Positions 29,119 to 37,865 of a DNA stretch of 50,831 nucleotides are shown one piece after another; the first letter of the stretch is position 1, and the number at the start of each line of letters is the position of its first letter. Origin of the DNA: Gemmatimonadales bacterium (lineage in GTDB: Bacteria; Gemmatimonadota; Gemmatimonadetes; Gemmatimonadales; GWC2-71-9); the NCBI GenBank assembly GCA_038216165.1, contig JBBQQJ010000001.1, forward strand, positions 1-50,831. The letters are read 5' to 3'. The position numbers were made by a program, and so were the translations under genes. Under the pieces are notes generated by a model. The model ran no database searches. It saw only the letters and a list, made by a program, of their open reading frames with translations, and was not told the origin of the DNA.

Positions 29119-29140
29119 CCGACACGCATCACCACGACCG

Positions 29141-29181
29141 ATGATGGCTGTCCGGGTATCTTTCCGGGCAGCCATCGTTTT
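29141..29181 (+). terminator. Rho-independent terminator after the TonB-dependent receptor gene
   Basis: GATGGCTGTCCGG-gtatcttt-CCGGGCAGCCATC: 13-bp stem with one G-U pair, followed by GTTTT. It begins 23 nt after the stop. Confidence 0.75.
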
Positions 29182-29186
29182 GGGAG

Positions 29187-29256
29187 GTCGTCAGTCGTAG
29201 GTCGTAAGTCAGAAATCGTAGGATGGTGGGTTGCCCGTTCACCGTTCACCGAGCGC
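29187..29256 (+). repeat. Heptanucleotide array GTCGTCA GTCGTAG GTCGTAA GTCAGAA ATCGTAG GATGGTG GGTTGCC CGTTCAC CGTTCAC
   Basis: Read directly from the sequence. A strict 7-nt register holds for 9-10 units. (CTCACCC)2 follows at 29303-29316. Confidence 0.8.
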
Positions 29257-30134
29257 GGCGAAGCCACGTCCCCCTCCGGCGGCTGACGTCGCCGGCTGAT
29301 AGCTCACCCCTCACCCTCCCAACTATTCCTCTCTCTCCGCTTCCCCTCCCGATCCCTCTCGAAGGCCCGCTGCCGTCGCTCTGGTCGCTTGGCGCCATCA
29401 CGGGGCCCGGCGATGCCGTGCGCGAGGTGCAGCTCGCGGCCCCGCCGGGGTGGGATCCGGTCACAGGGCCGGCGTTGCCGGTGCTCTACCTCCAGGATGG
29501 GCAGAACCTCTTTGATCCGGCCACGAGTTTTGCGGGGCATTGGGGCGTGCTCGAGACCCTCGCTGAGCTGGGGGGGGCACATCCCATGCTGGTGGTCGGG
29601 GTGCCGAATCTCGGCGTGGGTCGCCTCAAGGAATACTCACCATTCGACGACGCGATCCGCGGGATCGGCGAGGGGGTGGGCTACCTCAAGTGGCTCAGCA
29701 CGGTGGTGAAGCCGCTGGTGGATGCGCATTGCGCCACGCTGCCAGGGCGAGCGCACACCGCCGTGGGCGGTTCCTCCATGGGCGGATTGTTCGCGATCTA
29801 CGCGGTCTTGGGGGGGGCCGCGACCTTCGGCGCGGCGGTGGTGATGAGTCCGGCGCTCTGGTATGCGGACGGGGCGGTCTTCCGCTGGCTGCGCCGGCAG
29901 CCGGGGCCGGTGGGGGAGGTGTACCTGGATGTCGGCCTGCTCGAGGGGGAGGACACCGTCTTCGACGCGCGGCGGATGCATGACCTGTTGCTCGACCGAG
30001 GCTGGACACTCGGCACCTCGCTGCACTACCTGGAGGACGCCGAGGGGGATCACGACGAAGCGACGTGGGCCAGGCGGCTGCGGGCGCAGTGGGTGCGGAT
30101 TGTGGGAATGATCTCCCCGCCCCCGGGCAAGTGA
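29223..30134 (+). CDS. Esterase-family alpha/beta hydrolase (IroE/enterochelin-esterase-like); N-terminus uncertain
   Basis: LPVLYLQDGQNLFD and GGSSMGGLFAIY (GxSxG). The first ~50 codons of the track ORF are made of the heptad repeats and have lower GC3. An in-frame GTG at 29418 or a non-canonical start near 29370-29400 is possible. Confidence 0.7.
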   Translation: MVGCPFTVHRARRSHVPLRRLTSPADSSPLTLPTIPLSPLPLPIPLEGPLPSLWSLGAITGPGDAVREVQLAAPPGWDPVTGPALPVLYLQDGQNLFDPATSFAGHWGVLETLAELGGAHPMLVVGVPNLGVGRLKEYSPFDDAIRGIGEGVGYLKWLSTVVKPLVDAHCATLPGRAHTAVGGSSMGGLFAIYAVLGGAATFGAAVVMSPALWYADGAVFRWLRRQPGPVGEVYLDVGLLEGEDTVFDARRMHDLLLDRGWTLGTSLHYLEDAEGDHDEATWARRLRAQWVRIVGMISPPPGK

Positions 30135-30222
30135 GATCCCAGCCGGCGGTTGCCTGCCCTGAGCGCAGTCGAAGGGTCAGTCGCCGGGGCCTCCTCGCTA
30201 GCTGACGCGCAAGCGGAATTAG

Positions 30223-30261
30223 CCCAACCCAACCCAACCCAACCCAACCCAACCCAACCCA
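30223..30261 (+). repeat. Pentanucleotide microsatellite (CCCAA)7.8, equal to (TTGGG)n on the minus strand
   Basis: Perfect tandem repeat counted base by base, lying in the convergent intergenic region. Confidence 0.95.
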
Positions 30262-30330
30262 CGTTACCGAAGGATTTCTGGCCTGTCAGGCGCGATCTGG
30301 GACGATGGGAATGGATCATTGGGATGCTCT

Positions 30331-30481
30331 CCCCGCCCCGCGAAGCGGCGGCGGGGCCTCCTCGCTAGCCGACGAGCAAACGCTTCTCAAACACCACCCG
30401 CCCGATCCCTCGCTACGCTCGGGATGACGGGGTTCCGTGATGCGCCACTCGCTACCCCGCCGCCGCTGACGCGGGGCGGGG
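30331..30481. repeat. 151-bp element bounded by inverted GC-rich hairpins (MITE/REP-like)
   Basis: Left end 30331-30356: CCCCGCCCCGC-GAA-GCGGCGGCGGGG. Right end 30455-30481: CCCCGCCGCCGC-TGAC-GCGGGGCGGGG. The two are reverse complements of each other apart from the loops. The interior carries CCTCGCTACGCTCGGGATGAC. The right hairpin lies ~32 nt after the RND gene stop and may double as its terminator. Confidence 0.6.
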
Positions 30482-30512
30482 CAGGCGCGAGGCCGGCAAT
30501 GAACAACACGCC

Positions 30513-33500
30513 TCACCCCTCCGTCACCACCGGGTGTTCCGCGGTCTTCGGTCCCCACGAGGCCGCCCCCCCGAACAGCCGACCCGCCAGACCCAGGAAC
30601 CACGCCCGCCATTCATCCAGAATCTCGTACACCGTCGGGATCACGATCAGCGTGAGCACCGCCGACGAGAGCACCCCGCCGATCACCGCGCGCCCGAGCG
30701 GCGCCCGGAAGTCGGCCCCCTCGCCAAGCCCAAGTGCCACCGGCACCATCCCCGCGATCAGCGCAAAGGTGGTCATCAGAATCGGCCGCAGCCGGATGCG
30801 CCCCGCCTCGATCAATGCCTCGCGCAGCGGCATCCCCTGCTTTTCGCGCGCCCACTTCGCGAAGTCGATCAACAGGATGGCGTTCTTCGCCACCAGCCCC
30901 ATGAGCAGGATCACGCCGATGAGCGACATGATGTTCAGCGTGTCCCCGGTGAGCAGCAACGCCAGCACCACACCAATCAGCGAAAGCGGCAGCGACACCA
31001 GGATCGCGAGCGGATCGAGGAACGACCCGAACTGCAGCACCAGGATGAGGTACATCATCAACACCGCAATCCCGAGCGCGGTGAAGACGTTCAAGAACAC
31101 CTCGGCCTGATCGCGGCCCTGGCCGCCCACCATCACCGAGTAGCCCGGCGGGAAGGTCATCTTCGCGAGCTCGGCCTGGATGCCAGCCTGGACCTCGTTG
31201 AGTGCCACCCCCTCAGGGTTGGCCTCAAGCGTCACCACGGTCTCGCGATCGAGGTGATCAATCTGCCCCGGCGCCTGACCCAACTCCACCTTCGCCACCT
31301 GGCCGAGCGGGATGAGAGTCGTGCCGCCAGATGCGGTGCGGACGGTGATCGGCAACTGCGCGAGGTCGGTCGTGCGCGTCCGTGCCTCGGGCGCCAAGCG
31401 CACGCGCACATCGCGCGTCTCACCCATGGGGTCCACCCAGTCGCCGGCAGCGATCCCGGCAAACGCCGGACGCATCGCCTGCGCCACCTGCCCCACGGTC
31501 AGACCCAGCGAGCTCGCCAGCCCACGATCGAGCGTGACCGTGAGCTCCTCGCGCGCACCGCGCACCGACAGCCCCACATCGGCCGCCCCCGGCACCGTGC
31601 GCGCCCGCGTCGCCGCCTCCTCCGCGAGGCGCGTGAGCACGCCGGCGTTCGGACCGCGCAGCTCCAACTGGATCTGCTTCATCGCCCCGCCGAAGCCGCC
31701 CGAGAAGACGGCCACGTTGACGCCGCCCACCTGCGTGAGCTCGCGACGCAGCTGCGCCCCGAGTTCGTCCTGGTTCATCGTGCGCTCAGCCTTTGGCACC
31801 AGCTTGATGAACAGCGAGGCTTGGTCCACACCCGGGGTGCGGGCCGGGAGTGCATTCCCCACCGTCACGTAGGTGTAGGCCACTTCCGAGTGCTGCCGCG
31901 CGATTGCCGCCACGGCCTCGGTCCGCTCCCTGGTGAAGTCGAGATTCGCGCTCGGCGGCGCCTCCACGATCACCTCGATCTCCGAACGGTCCGACACCGG
32001 TACGAACCCCACCCCACCGAACGCGCCCTGCAGCCAGATCGCCCCGGCAAAGGTGCCGATCGCCAGCGTCATGACAGCGATGCGGTGATCGAGCGCCCAG
32101 CCGATCAGCCGCGCATAGCGCTCCGTCTGCCGATCAAACCAGGCATTGAAGCGATCGAGGAGCTTGGTCAGCCATGACTTCTCATGCGCTTTCAGTTCAG
32201 GATCGGGCCAATAGGCAGAGAGCATCGGGTCGAGCGAGAACGAGACGAAGAGCGACACCAACACCGCGCAGGCGATCGTAAGGGCAAACGGCTTGAACCA
32301 TTGACCCGATATCCCCGACATGAACGCAATCGGGATGAACACCACCACGATCGAGAAGGTCGTCGCCGCCACTGCTAACCCGATCTCGGCCGTTCCCTCC
32401 CGCGCAGCGGTGAGATGGTCTTTGCCCATCGCCACATGGCGCACGATGTTTTCGCGCACCACGATCGCGTCGTCAATCAGGATGCCGATCGCCAGCGAGA
32501 GACCGAGGAGCGACATCGTGTTGAGCGTGAAGCCGAACGCCCACACGGCGATGAAGCTCGCCAGCACGGACACCGGCAACGCCAAGCCGGTGATGACGGT
32601 CGATCGCCACGAGTTGAGGAAGATGAACACCACCAGCACCGTGAGGATGGCGCCCTCGATCAATGCCGACTGCACGTTGGCCACCGCCCGCTCGACCCGG
32701 AAGCCGGCATCGCGGACGATCTCCACCTTGGCATCCCCCGGCAACTGCTCCTGCACCGCGGCGATCTCTGCCTTGAGGTTGTCCACCACCTGCGTCGTGG
32801 AGTAGCCCTTCGACTTCTTGATCTCGATCCCCACGGCCGGGCTGCCGTTGAACGCCGCGGCGGTGCGTGGCTCCTGGGTCCCCTCGCGCACGTCCGCCAC
32901 GTCGCCGAGCCGGACCTGACGGTCCCCGCGCTGGGCCACCACGATCTGGCGGAATGCCGCCGCGTCCTCGAGCCGTCCCTTGAGCCGAATCGAGCGCTCC
33001 TCGAGCGCCGTGTTGAGGCGCCCGACGGGCACCGCGAGGTTCTGCGACCGCAGCGCCGCCACCACCTCGTCGATCCCGACGCCGGCCGCCTGCATCGCGG
33101 CGGGGCGCACTTCCACCGTGAGTTCCGGATAGGTGCCACCGAGTACCCTCGCCTCGGCCACACCCGGTACGCCGCGCAAGGCACTCACCACCACCGGATC
33201 GGCCAGCTGCGTGAGCATCCGTGCATCCATCGTGGCCGACGTGACCGTCAGCGAGAGGATGGATTGCTCCATCGGATCGAACCGCGTGATGATCGGATCC
33301 TCGATCTCGGTCGGCAGATCGCCCCGGATGGTGCTCAGCGCATCGCGCACGTCCTGCGACGCCTGGGAGAGCGACGTCTTGAAGTCGAAGAAGACGGTGA
33401 TCTGCGCCAGCCCGTCCACGCTGTTCGATCGGGTCTTGGTCCGATCCACTCCCGCCAGCGCGAAGATCGCTTCCTCCACCGGCTCCACCACCTCCCGCTC

Positions 33501-33677
33501 GACGATGTCGGGCGAGGCGCCGGGGTAGGGGATCGCCACCGAGACGATCGGCTGCGCGATGTCCGGGAATTCATCGGTCTGCAGGTTGATCAGGGCGGCC
33601 ACACCAAATGCCACCAGCGCCAACATGGTGACGATGGTGACCAGCGGGCGCTTGATCGCGAAATCGGAAATCCACAT
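30513..33677 (-). CDS. RND efflux transporter permease (AcrB/HAE1-like)
   Basis: Preferred start is MWISDFAIKRPLVTIVTMLALVAFG at 33677, with GGAG upstream. About 1054 aa with the 12-TM RND architecture and conserved LAIGILIDDAIVVREN. Confidence 0.95.
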   Translation of the reverse strand: MWISDFAIKRPLVTIVTMLALVAFGVAALINLQTDEFPDIAQPIVSVAIPYPGASPDIVEREVVEPVEEAIFALAGVDRTKTRSNSVDGLAQITVFFDFKTSLSQASQDVRDALSTIRGDLPTEIEDPIITRFDPMEQSILSLTVTSATMDARMLTQLADPVVVSALRGVPGVAEARVLGGTYPELTVEVRPAAMQAAGVGIDEVVAALRSQNLAVPVGRLNTALEERSIRLKGRLEDAAAFRQIVVAQRGDRQVRLGDVADVREGTQEPRTAAAFNGSPAVGIEIKKSKGYSTTQVVDNLKAEIAAVQEQLPGDAKVEIVRDAGFRVERAVANVQSALIEGAILTVLVVFIFLNSWRSTVITGLALPVSVLASFIAVWAFGFTLNTMSLLGLSLAIGILIDDAIVVRENIVRHVAMGKDHLTAAREGTAEIGLAVAATTFSIVVVFIPIAFMSGISGQWFKPFALTIACAVLVSLFVSFSLDPMLSAYWPDPELKAHEKSWLTKLLDRFNAWFDRQTERYARLIGWALDHRIAVMTLAIGTFAGAIWLQGAFGGVGFVPVSDRSEIEVIVEAPPSANLDFTRERTEAVAAIARQHSEVAYTYVTVGNALPARTPGVDQASLFIKLVPKAERTMNQDELGAQLRRELTQVGGVNVAVFSGGFGGAMKQIQLELRGPNAGVLTRLAEEAATRARTVPGAADVGLSVRGAREELTVTLDRGLASSLGLTVGQVAQAMRPAFAGIAAGDWVDPMGETRDVRVRLAPEARTRTTDLAQLPITVRTASGGTTLIPLGQVAKVELGQAPGQIDHLDRETVVTLEANPEGVALNEVQAGIQAELAKMTFPPGYSVMVGGQGRDQAEVFLNVFTALGIAVLMMYLILVLQFGSFLDPLAILVSLPLSLIGVVLALLLTGDTLNIMSLIGVILLMGLVAKNAILLIDFAKWAREKQGMPLREALIEAGRIRLRPILMTTFALIAGMVPVALGLGEGADFRAPLGRAVIGGVLSSAVLTLIVIPTVYEILDEWRAWFLGLAGRLFGGAASWGPKTAEHPVVTEG

Positions 33678-33693
33678 GGTGTCGGGGCTCCGC

Positions 33694-34818
33694 TCAGGTG
33701 TCGGCGCGCGTGATGCGCACCGTGGCGCCGACCGGCGTCGAGATCGCGGCACCGATGAGCACGGTATCACCGACACTCACGCCGCTGGTGATCTCGACCC
33801 GTTCACGCAGGTCATCGCGGGCACCCACCGTCACGGCCACCGATTCCACCACGCCGTTCCGTACCCGGCGCACCGTGGGCGTGGTCGCCGTCACGTCGAG
33901 CGCCGTGAGTGGCACCGCCACCCCACGCACACTGGTCACCGCCACCCGCCCCTCGGCAAAGAGCCCAGCGGCGAGCTTGCGGTCGGCATTGGGGACCCGC
34001 ACGTAGAGGCGGATCTGGCCGGTCATCGCGTCCACGGTCGGGTTGAGCCGGGCAATTGCACCGCGAAACGCCTCGCCCGGAAACGCCGGCACCGCGAACT
34101 CCACCATCGTCCCGGTCTGCAGCACGCCGAGGTGCGAGGACGCGACCGTCGCTTCGAGGTCAAGCACGCTCGGGTCCACCACCGTCGCGATCGCGCCCGC
34201 GTTGCCACTCGTCTGCACCACGTCGCCGACGCTCACCGGCACCTCGCTCACCACCCCGGCAAACGGAGCGCGGACGAACGCCATCTCCAGTTGCTTCCGC
34301 GCGCTCGCCAGACGGCTCCGCGCCTCCGCGAGCGCGGCAGTGGCGGCGAGGGCCTGGTCCTCGGCCAGCTCCGTGTCGCGTGCGGCAATGGCACCGGCCG
34401 CGAGCAGCTCCCGGCTCCGCTCGAGGTTGCGCGCTGCCGAACGCGCCGCCGCCTCGGCGCTTTGCAGCGCGAGTCGCGCCGAGCGCGCCTGCTCGGCGAT
34501 CGCCATCGTGTCGATCACCGCCAAGAGCTGGCCGGCCGTGACCGGCTGGCCCTCCTGCACCAGCAGCGAGAGCACCGTGCCGCCCACCTGCGCCCGCAGT
34601 TGTGCGGTGCGCGCGGCCACCAGCGTACCGGAGAGCGTCGGGCCGGTCTCGACCAGCGCGCTGTCCACCACGCTGATGTTCATTGCGGCGATCTGGATCG
34701 CCGGTGGGGCCTCCGGCACCACCTCGGCATCCCCCCCCCCACAGGCGGCGAGGACAAGCAGGGCCACCGCAGGCGCGGCAGAACGCACGGAGGCGCGTGT
34801 TGGCATCGATCGGTTCAT
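33694..34818 (-). CDS. Efflux RND periplasmic adaptor (membrane fusion protein), lipoprotein
   Basis: Lipobox LLVLAACGG. Coiled-coil hairpin region (AEQARSARLALQSAEAAARSAARNLERSRELL). HlyD-like barrel. ATGA-type overlap with the tolC-like gene. Confidence 0.9.
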   Translation of the reverse strand: MNRSMPTRASVRSAAPAVALLVLAACGGGDAEVVPEAPPAIQIAAMNISVVDSALVETGPTLSGTLVAARTAQLRAQVGGTVLSLLVQEGQPVTAGQLLAVIDTMAIAEQARSARLALQSAEAAARSAARNLERSRELLAAGAIAARDTELAEDQALAATAALAEARSRLASARKQLEMAFVRAPFAGVVSEVPVSVGDVVQTSGNAGAIATVVDPSVLDLEATVASSHLGVLQTGTMVEFAVPAFPGEAFRGAIARLNPTVDAMTGQIRLYVRVPNADRKLAAGLFAEGRVAVTSVRGVAVPLTALDVTATTPTVRRVRNGVVESVAVTVGARDDLRERVEITSGVSVGDTVLIGAAISTPVGATVRITRADT

Positions 34819-36311
34819 CGGGTCGGTCCCATCAGGGCGGCACCCGCGCCCAGCGGAAGGTCACGCAGCAGCAGCACCCGGAGGCGGGCCACTTGCAGGT
34901 CCCGCGCAGCCTGCGCGCGGTTCGCCTCGGCCTGCTGCAACTGCAGCCGGGCATCGTTCAATTCGGTCTGGGTCGAGATCCCCTCGCGGAGTCGCACCTC
35001 GGCGATCGCATACGCCCGTGCCGCCTGGTCCGCCGTGCTCCGGCTCGCCTCCCACAGCGCCACCGCGGCCGCGAGCTGGTTCTGCACGTCCACCTGCTCC
35101 CGCTCGGCCTGCTCCTGCACCTGGCGCATCCGGAGCCGCGCCTCGTCGGCGGCGGCTTCCGCCGCCACCACCTCACCCCGGATCCGCCCACCCGTGAAGA
35201 GCGGGATGCTCACCCGTATTGATGCGGTCCAGTCGGTCAGGAAGCGCTCCCACCGGAACACCTCGTCGGGAAAGGTGATCTTGGCATAGTTGCTGGAGAG
35301 CCGCACGCTCGGCCGCCCGCTGCCGCGCGTACTGGAGAGCAGCCCCTCCGCCGCATCCACCCCCGCCTCGGCTTCGCGCACCGCGGCGCGCGACGCCACC
35401 ATGGTGTCATTGGCGAGTGCCGCCGTCAGGATGTGTGACGGTAGCGACACGTTCGCGCTGTCCCCGAGCGGCGTGGTCAGCTCGAGCGCCGCCGTGGGCG
35501 GCAGGTCCAGCAACTGGCGCAGCCGCAGGAAGGCCTGGTCACGCTGGGTCCGGCGCAGGATCACCACCGGCTTCTGGTTGTCACGCGCCACGCCGGCCCG
35601 CAACTCGTCGAACTCCGCTGCCGTCCCGACCTGCCGTGCCACCGCCACATCCGCGTACGTCCGCTCTGCCTGCACCAGCGTCAGCTCCGCGATGTCGAGC
35701 AGTCGCGCGGCGAGCTGGGCGTCGGTGTAGGCGAGCGCCACCTCGAGCACCGCCTGCGCGCGCGCGCCCTCCAGGGCGGCCGCCGCCGCCGTCGCCCCTG
35801 CGCGCGCTGCGCGGATCCGGCCACCGAGCGTGGGGTCGAACAGCGTCTGCGACGCCTCCAACCCGAAGCTCCACTGGTTGGCACGACCAAATGGCAGGTT
35901 GCTGAAATCAATGCCACCGTTGCCGTTGGCGGTGCAATCGAGGCCACGCTCCAGTGCCGTCACACGTTGATCGAACGGCAGCGACGGATCGGGAGTGAAG
36001 CGGATGCAGTTCACCGGAGAGGGGGGGGGAGGCTCACTGCTCCCGCTGTCGCCACCCTCCTGCAACGCGGCGAACTGGGTCTCGAGGGTGCGGGTGTAGA
36101 GCACCGACCCCGCGAGCTGCGGCAGCCAACCGCTCCGGGCCTGCTGCACCCGGCCATCGGCTCCGCGGACGCCCGCCCGCGCGATCCCGACCGCCTCGGA
36201 GGCGGAGTCGGCGCGCTGGAGTGCGTCACTCAGCGAGAGCCGGAGCGGCGCCTGGGCCCCGAGCCCCGCAGGCGGTGCGGCGAGCAGCACCGCCAGCCAT
36301 GCCGCCCTCAC
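34815..36311 (-). CDS. TolC-family outer-membrane efflux protein
   Basis: Signal peptide MRAAWLAVLLAAPPAGLGAQ. Two OEP repeats with a typical Q/A/L-rich coiled-coil pattern. 4-nt overlaps on both sides. Confidence 0.9.
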   Translation of the reverse strand: MRAAWLAVLLAAPPAGLGAQAPLRLSLSDALQRADSASEAVGIARAGVRGADGRVQQARSGWLPQLAGSVLYTRTLETQFAALQEGGDSGSSEPPPPSPVNCIRFTPDPSLPFDQRVTALERGLDCTANGNGGIDFSNLPFGRANQWSFGLEASQTLFDPTLGGRIRAARAGATAAAAALEGARAQAVLEVALAYTDAQLAARLLDIAELTLVQAERTYADVAVARQVGTAAEFDELRAGVARDNQKPVVILRRTQRDQAFLRLRQLLDLPPTAALELTTPLGDSANVSLPSHILTAALANDTMVASRAAVREAEAGVDAAEGLLSSTRGSGRPSVRLSSNYAKITFPDEVFRWERFLTDWTASIRVSIPLFTGGRIRGEVVAAEAAADEARLRMRQVQEQAEREQVDVQNQLAAAVALWEASRSTADQAARAYAIAEVRLREGISTQTELNDARLQLQQAEANRAQAARDLQVARLRVLLLRDLPLGAGAALMGPTR

Positions 36312-36886
36312 GACACCACCCGGGCGCCCAGCGCCCTGAGCGTCAGGTCCACGAAAGCGTCCACGGCCTGGTCCGGCGTGAGCGAAGTACAGCCCGGAAT
36401 GACGTCCCGGGTGATTCCATCCATGAAGATCGCATTCATCAGCATCACGGTCGCCGCTTCCAGCGACCCCTCGGTGTCAATGAGCCCGAGTTCCCGCGCC
36501 CGGGTCAGGTACCCCACCATGTCTGCCATCGCCTGCAACGCCCCCTCGCATGTGACCGGCGCGAGCTCGGGATGTTCCTCGAACTCCGCCAGCGAGGTCC
36601 GGATCACCTTGGCATGCCGGGTCGCGTGCCCATGGAGGGCGAGTCCCCACCCGAGGAGTTCCGTGCGCAGGTGCTCCGGGTGGGGGGGGAGGCGCGGAGG
36701 CAGGTCGGCCGCCCCCACATGCTGGATCGCCGCCTGGAGCAACGCCTCCTTGGAGCCGAAGTGCCGGAACAGCGTCACCTCATTCACGCCGGCCGCCGTG
36801 GCCACCTTCCGCGTGGTCGTACCCCGCCAGCCGGATTCGGCAAAGATCCGCACGGTCACGTCCAGCAACAGTTGCTTGGTATCCAT
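36308..36886 (-). CDS. TetR/AcrR family transcriptional regulator
   Basis: N-terminal HTH: LLDVTVRIFAESGWRGTTTRKVATAAGVNEVTLFRHFGSKEALL. First gene of the efflux operon. Confidence 0.9.
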   Translation of the reverse strand: MDTKQLLLDVTVRIFAESGWRGTTTRKVATAAGVNEVTLFRHFGSKEALLQAAIQHVGAADLPPRLPPHPEHLRTELLGWGLALHGHATRHAKVIRTSLAEFEEHPELAPVTCEGALQAMADMVGYLTRARELGLIDTEGSLEAATVMLMNAIFMDGITRDVIPGCTSLTPDQAVDAFVDLTLRALGARVVS

Positions 36887-36894
36887 GGGGGCAC

Positions 36895-36967
36895 ATTCTA
36901 CTGAATGATGTTCAGCGATGCAAGCAGGTACTTACACAACGTTACAATATGTTTCAGCTGTGAAACA
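36895..36967. promoter_or_regulatory. Divergent control region: candidate -10 for tetR plus two palindromic operator candidates
   Basis: On the minus strand, TAGAAT (36900-36895) ends 8 nt before the tetR ATG, with TTGCAT 17 nt upstream. IR1: CTGAA-tgatg-TTCAG at 36901-36915. IR2: TGTTTCA-gctg-TGAAACA at 36950-36967. A plus-strand TACAAT lies at 36943-36948. This is a locally AT-rich island. Confidence 0.45.
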
Positions 36968-37133
36968 ACCTCGCCCGAAGTCCGGGGGAACAGTGGGCCC
37001 ATCCACACGATCGTCTGCTCGGGATGGCCCCGCTTTCCCCCGCACCCGTTGTCCCCTTCATCCGTTTTCCCCCTGCACGTTTTACGTTTCTCCACCGACA
37101 GTACCCACCCCCGCGCCAAGGACCTCCCCACCG

Positions 37134-37859
37134 ATGTGGCATCGCTCCACGCATACCTGGAACTCGGCCGCCCTCGGGGGTCGGCCGATGGAGCTCGTCA
37201 TCCATGGCCACGCCGGGGCCCGCACGCTCGTGTTCCCGACCTCGATGGGGTGGAACCAGGAGTGGGAAGATCGGGGGATGTGCGAGGCGGTGGGTGACCT
37301 GCTTGCCGCCGGTGAGCTGCAACTGATCTGCGTGCCGAGCATGGACGCGGAGAGCTGGTACGACACGACAGCGCATCCGCGCCAGATGGCGGAGGTCCAT
37401 GCGGCCTACGACGCCTATCTATATAGAGAGGTCCTGCCGTTCACCCTGGCGGCCAACCGGAACCCGTTCGTGATCACCGCGGGTGCCTCGTTCGGCGGAT
37501 ACCATGCCCTCAACTTCGCGGCGCGCTATCCGCACATCGTCGGACGTGCGGTGGTGATGAGTGGCCTCGTCGACATCACCCGGCTCACCCATGGCTGGTC
37601 GGACGACCTGGTGTACTTTCACAACCCGGCGGCGTTCCTCCGCCAGGAGAATGATCCCGGGCGGGTCGCCGCGCTCCAGCGGCTCGACCTGATCCTCGCC
37701 GTTGGGCGGGACGACACCTTGCGCGCGCAGAACGAGTCGCTGTCCGCCGCCCTCTGGCAGCGCGGCATCGGCAGCGCCCTGCGTCTCTGGGACGGCTGGG
37801 CGCATGACTGGCCCTGGTGGCGCCAGATGTTCCGGATGTATGTCGGCGGACATGATTAG
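37134..37859 (+). CDS. Esterase-family alpha/beta hydrolase (first gene of amidoligase operon)
   Basis: CCAAGGACC lies upstream of ATG 37134. MWHRSTHTWNSAALGGRPMELVIHGHAGARTLVFPTS..., with nucleophile elbow GASFGGYHAL. Confidence 0.8.
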   Translation: MWHRSTHTWNSAALGGRPMELVIHGHAGARTLVFPTSMGWNQEWEDRGMCEAVGDLLAAGELQLICVPSMDAESWYDTTAHPRQMAEVHAAYDAYLYREVLPFTLAANRNPFVITAGASFGGYHALNFAARYPHIVGRAVVMSGLVDITRLTHGWSDDLVYFHNPAAFLRQENDPGRVAALQRLDLILAVGRDDTLRAQNESLSAALWQRGIGSALRLWDGWAHDWPWWRQMFRMYVGGHD

Positions 37860-37865
37860 GGGGTC

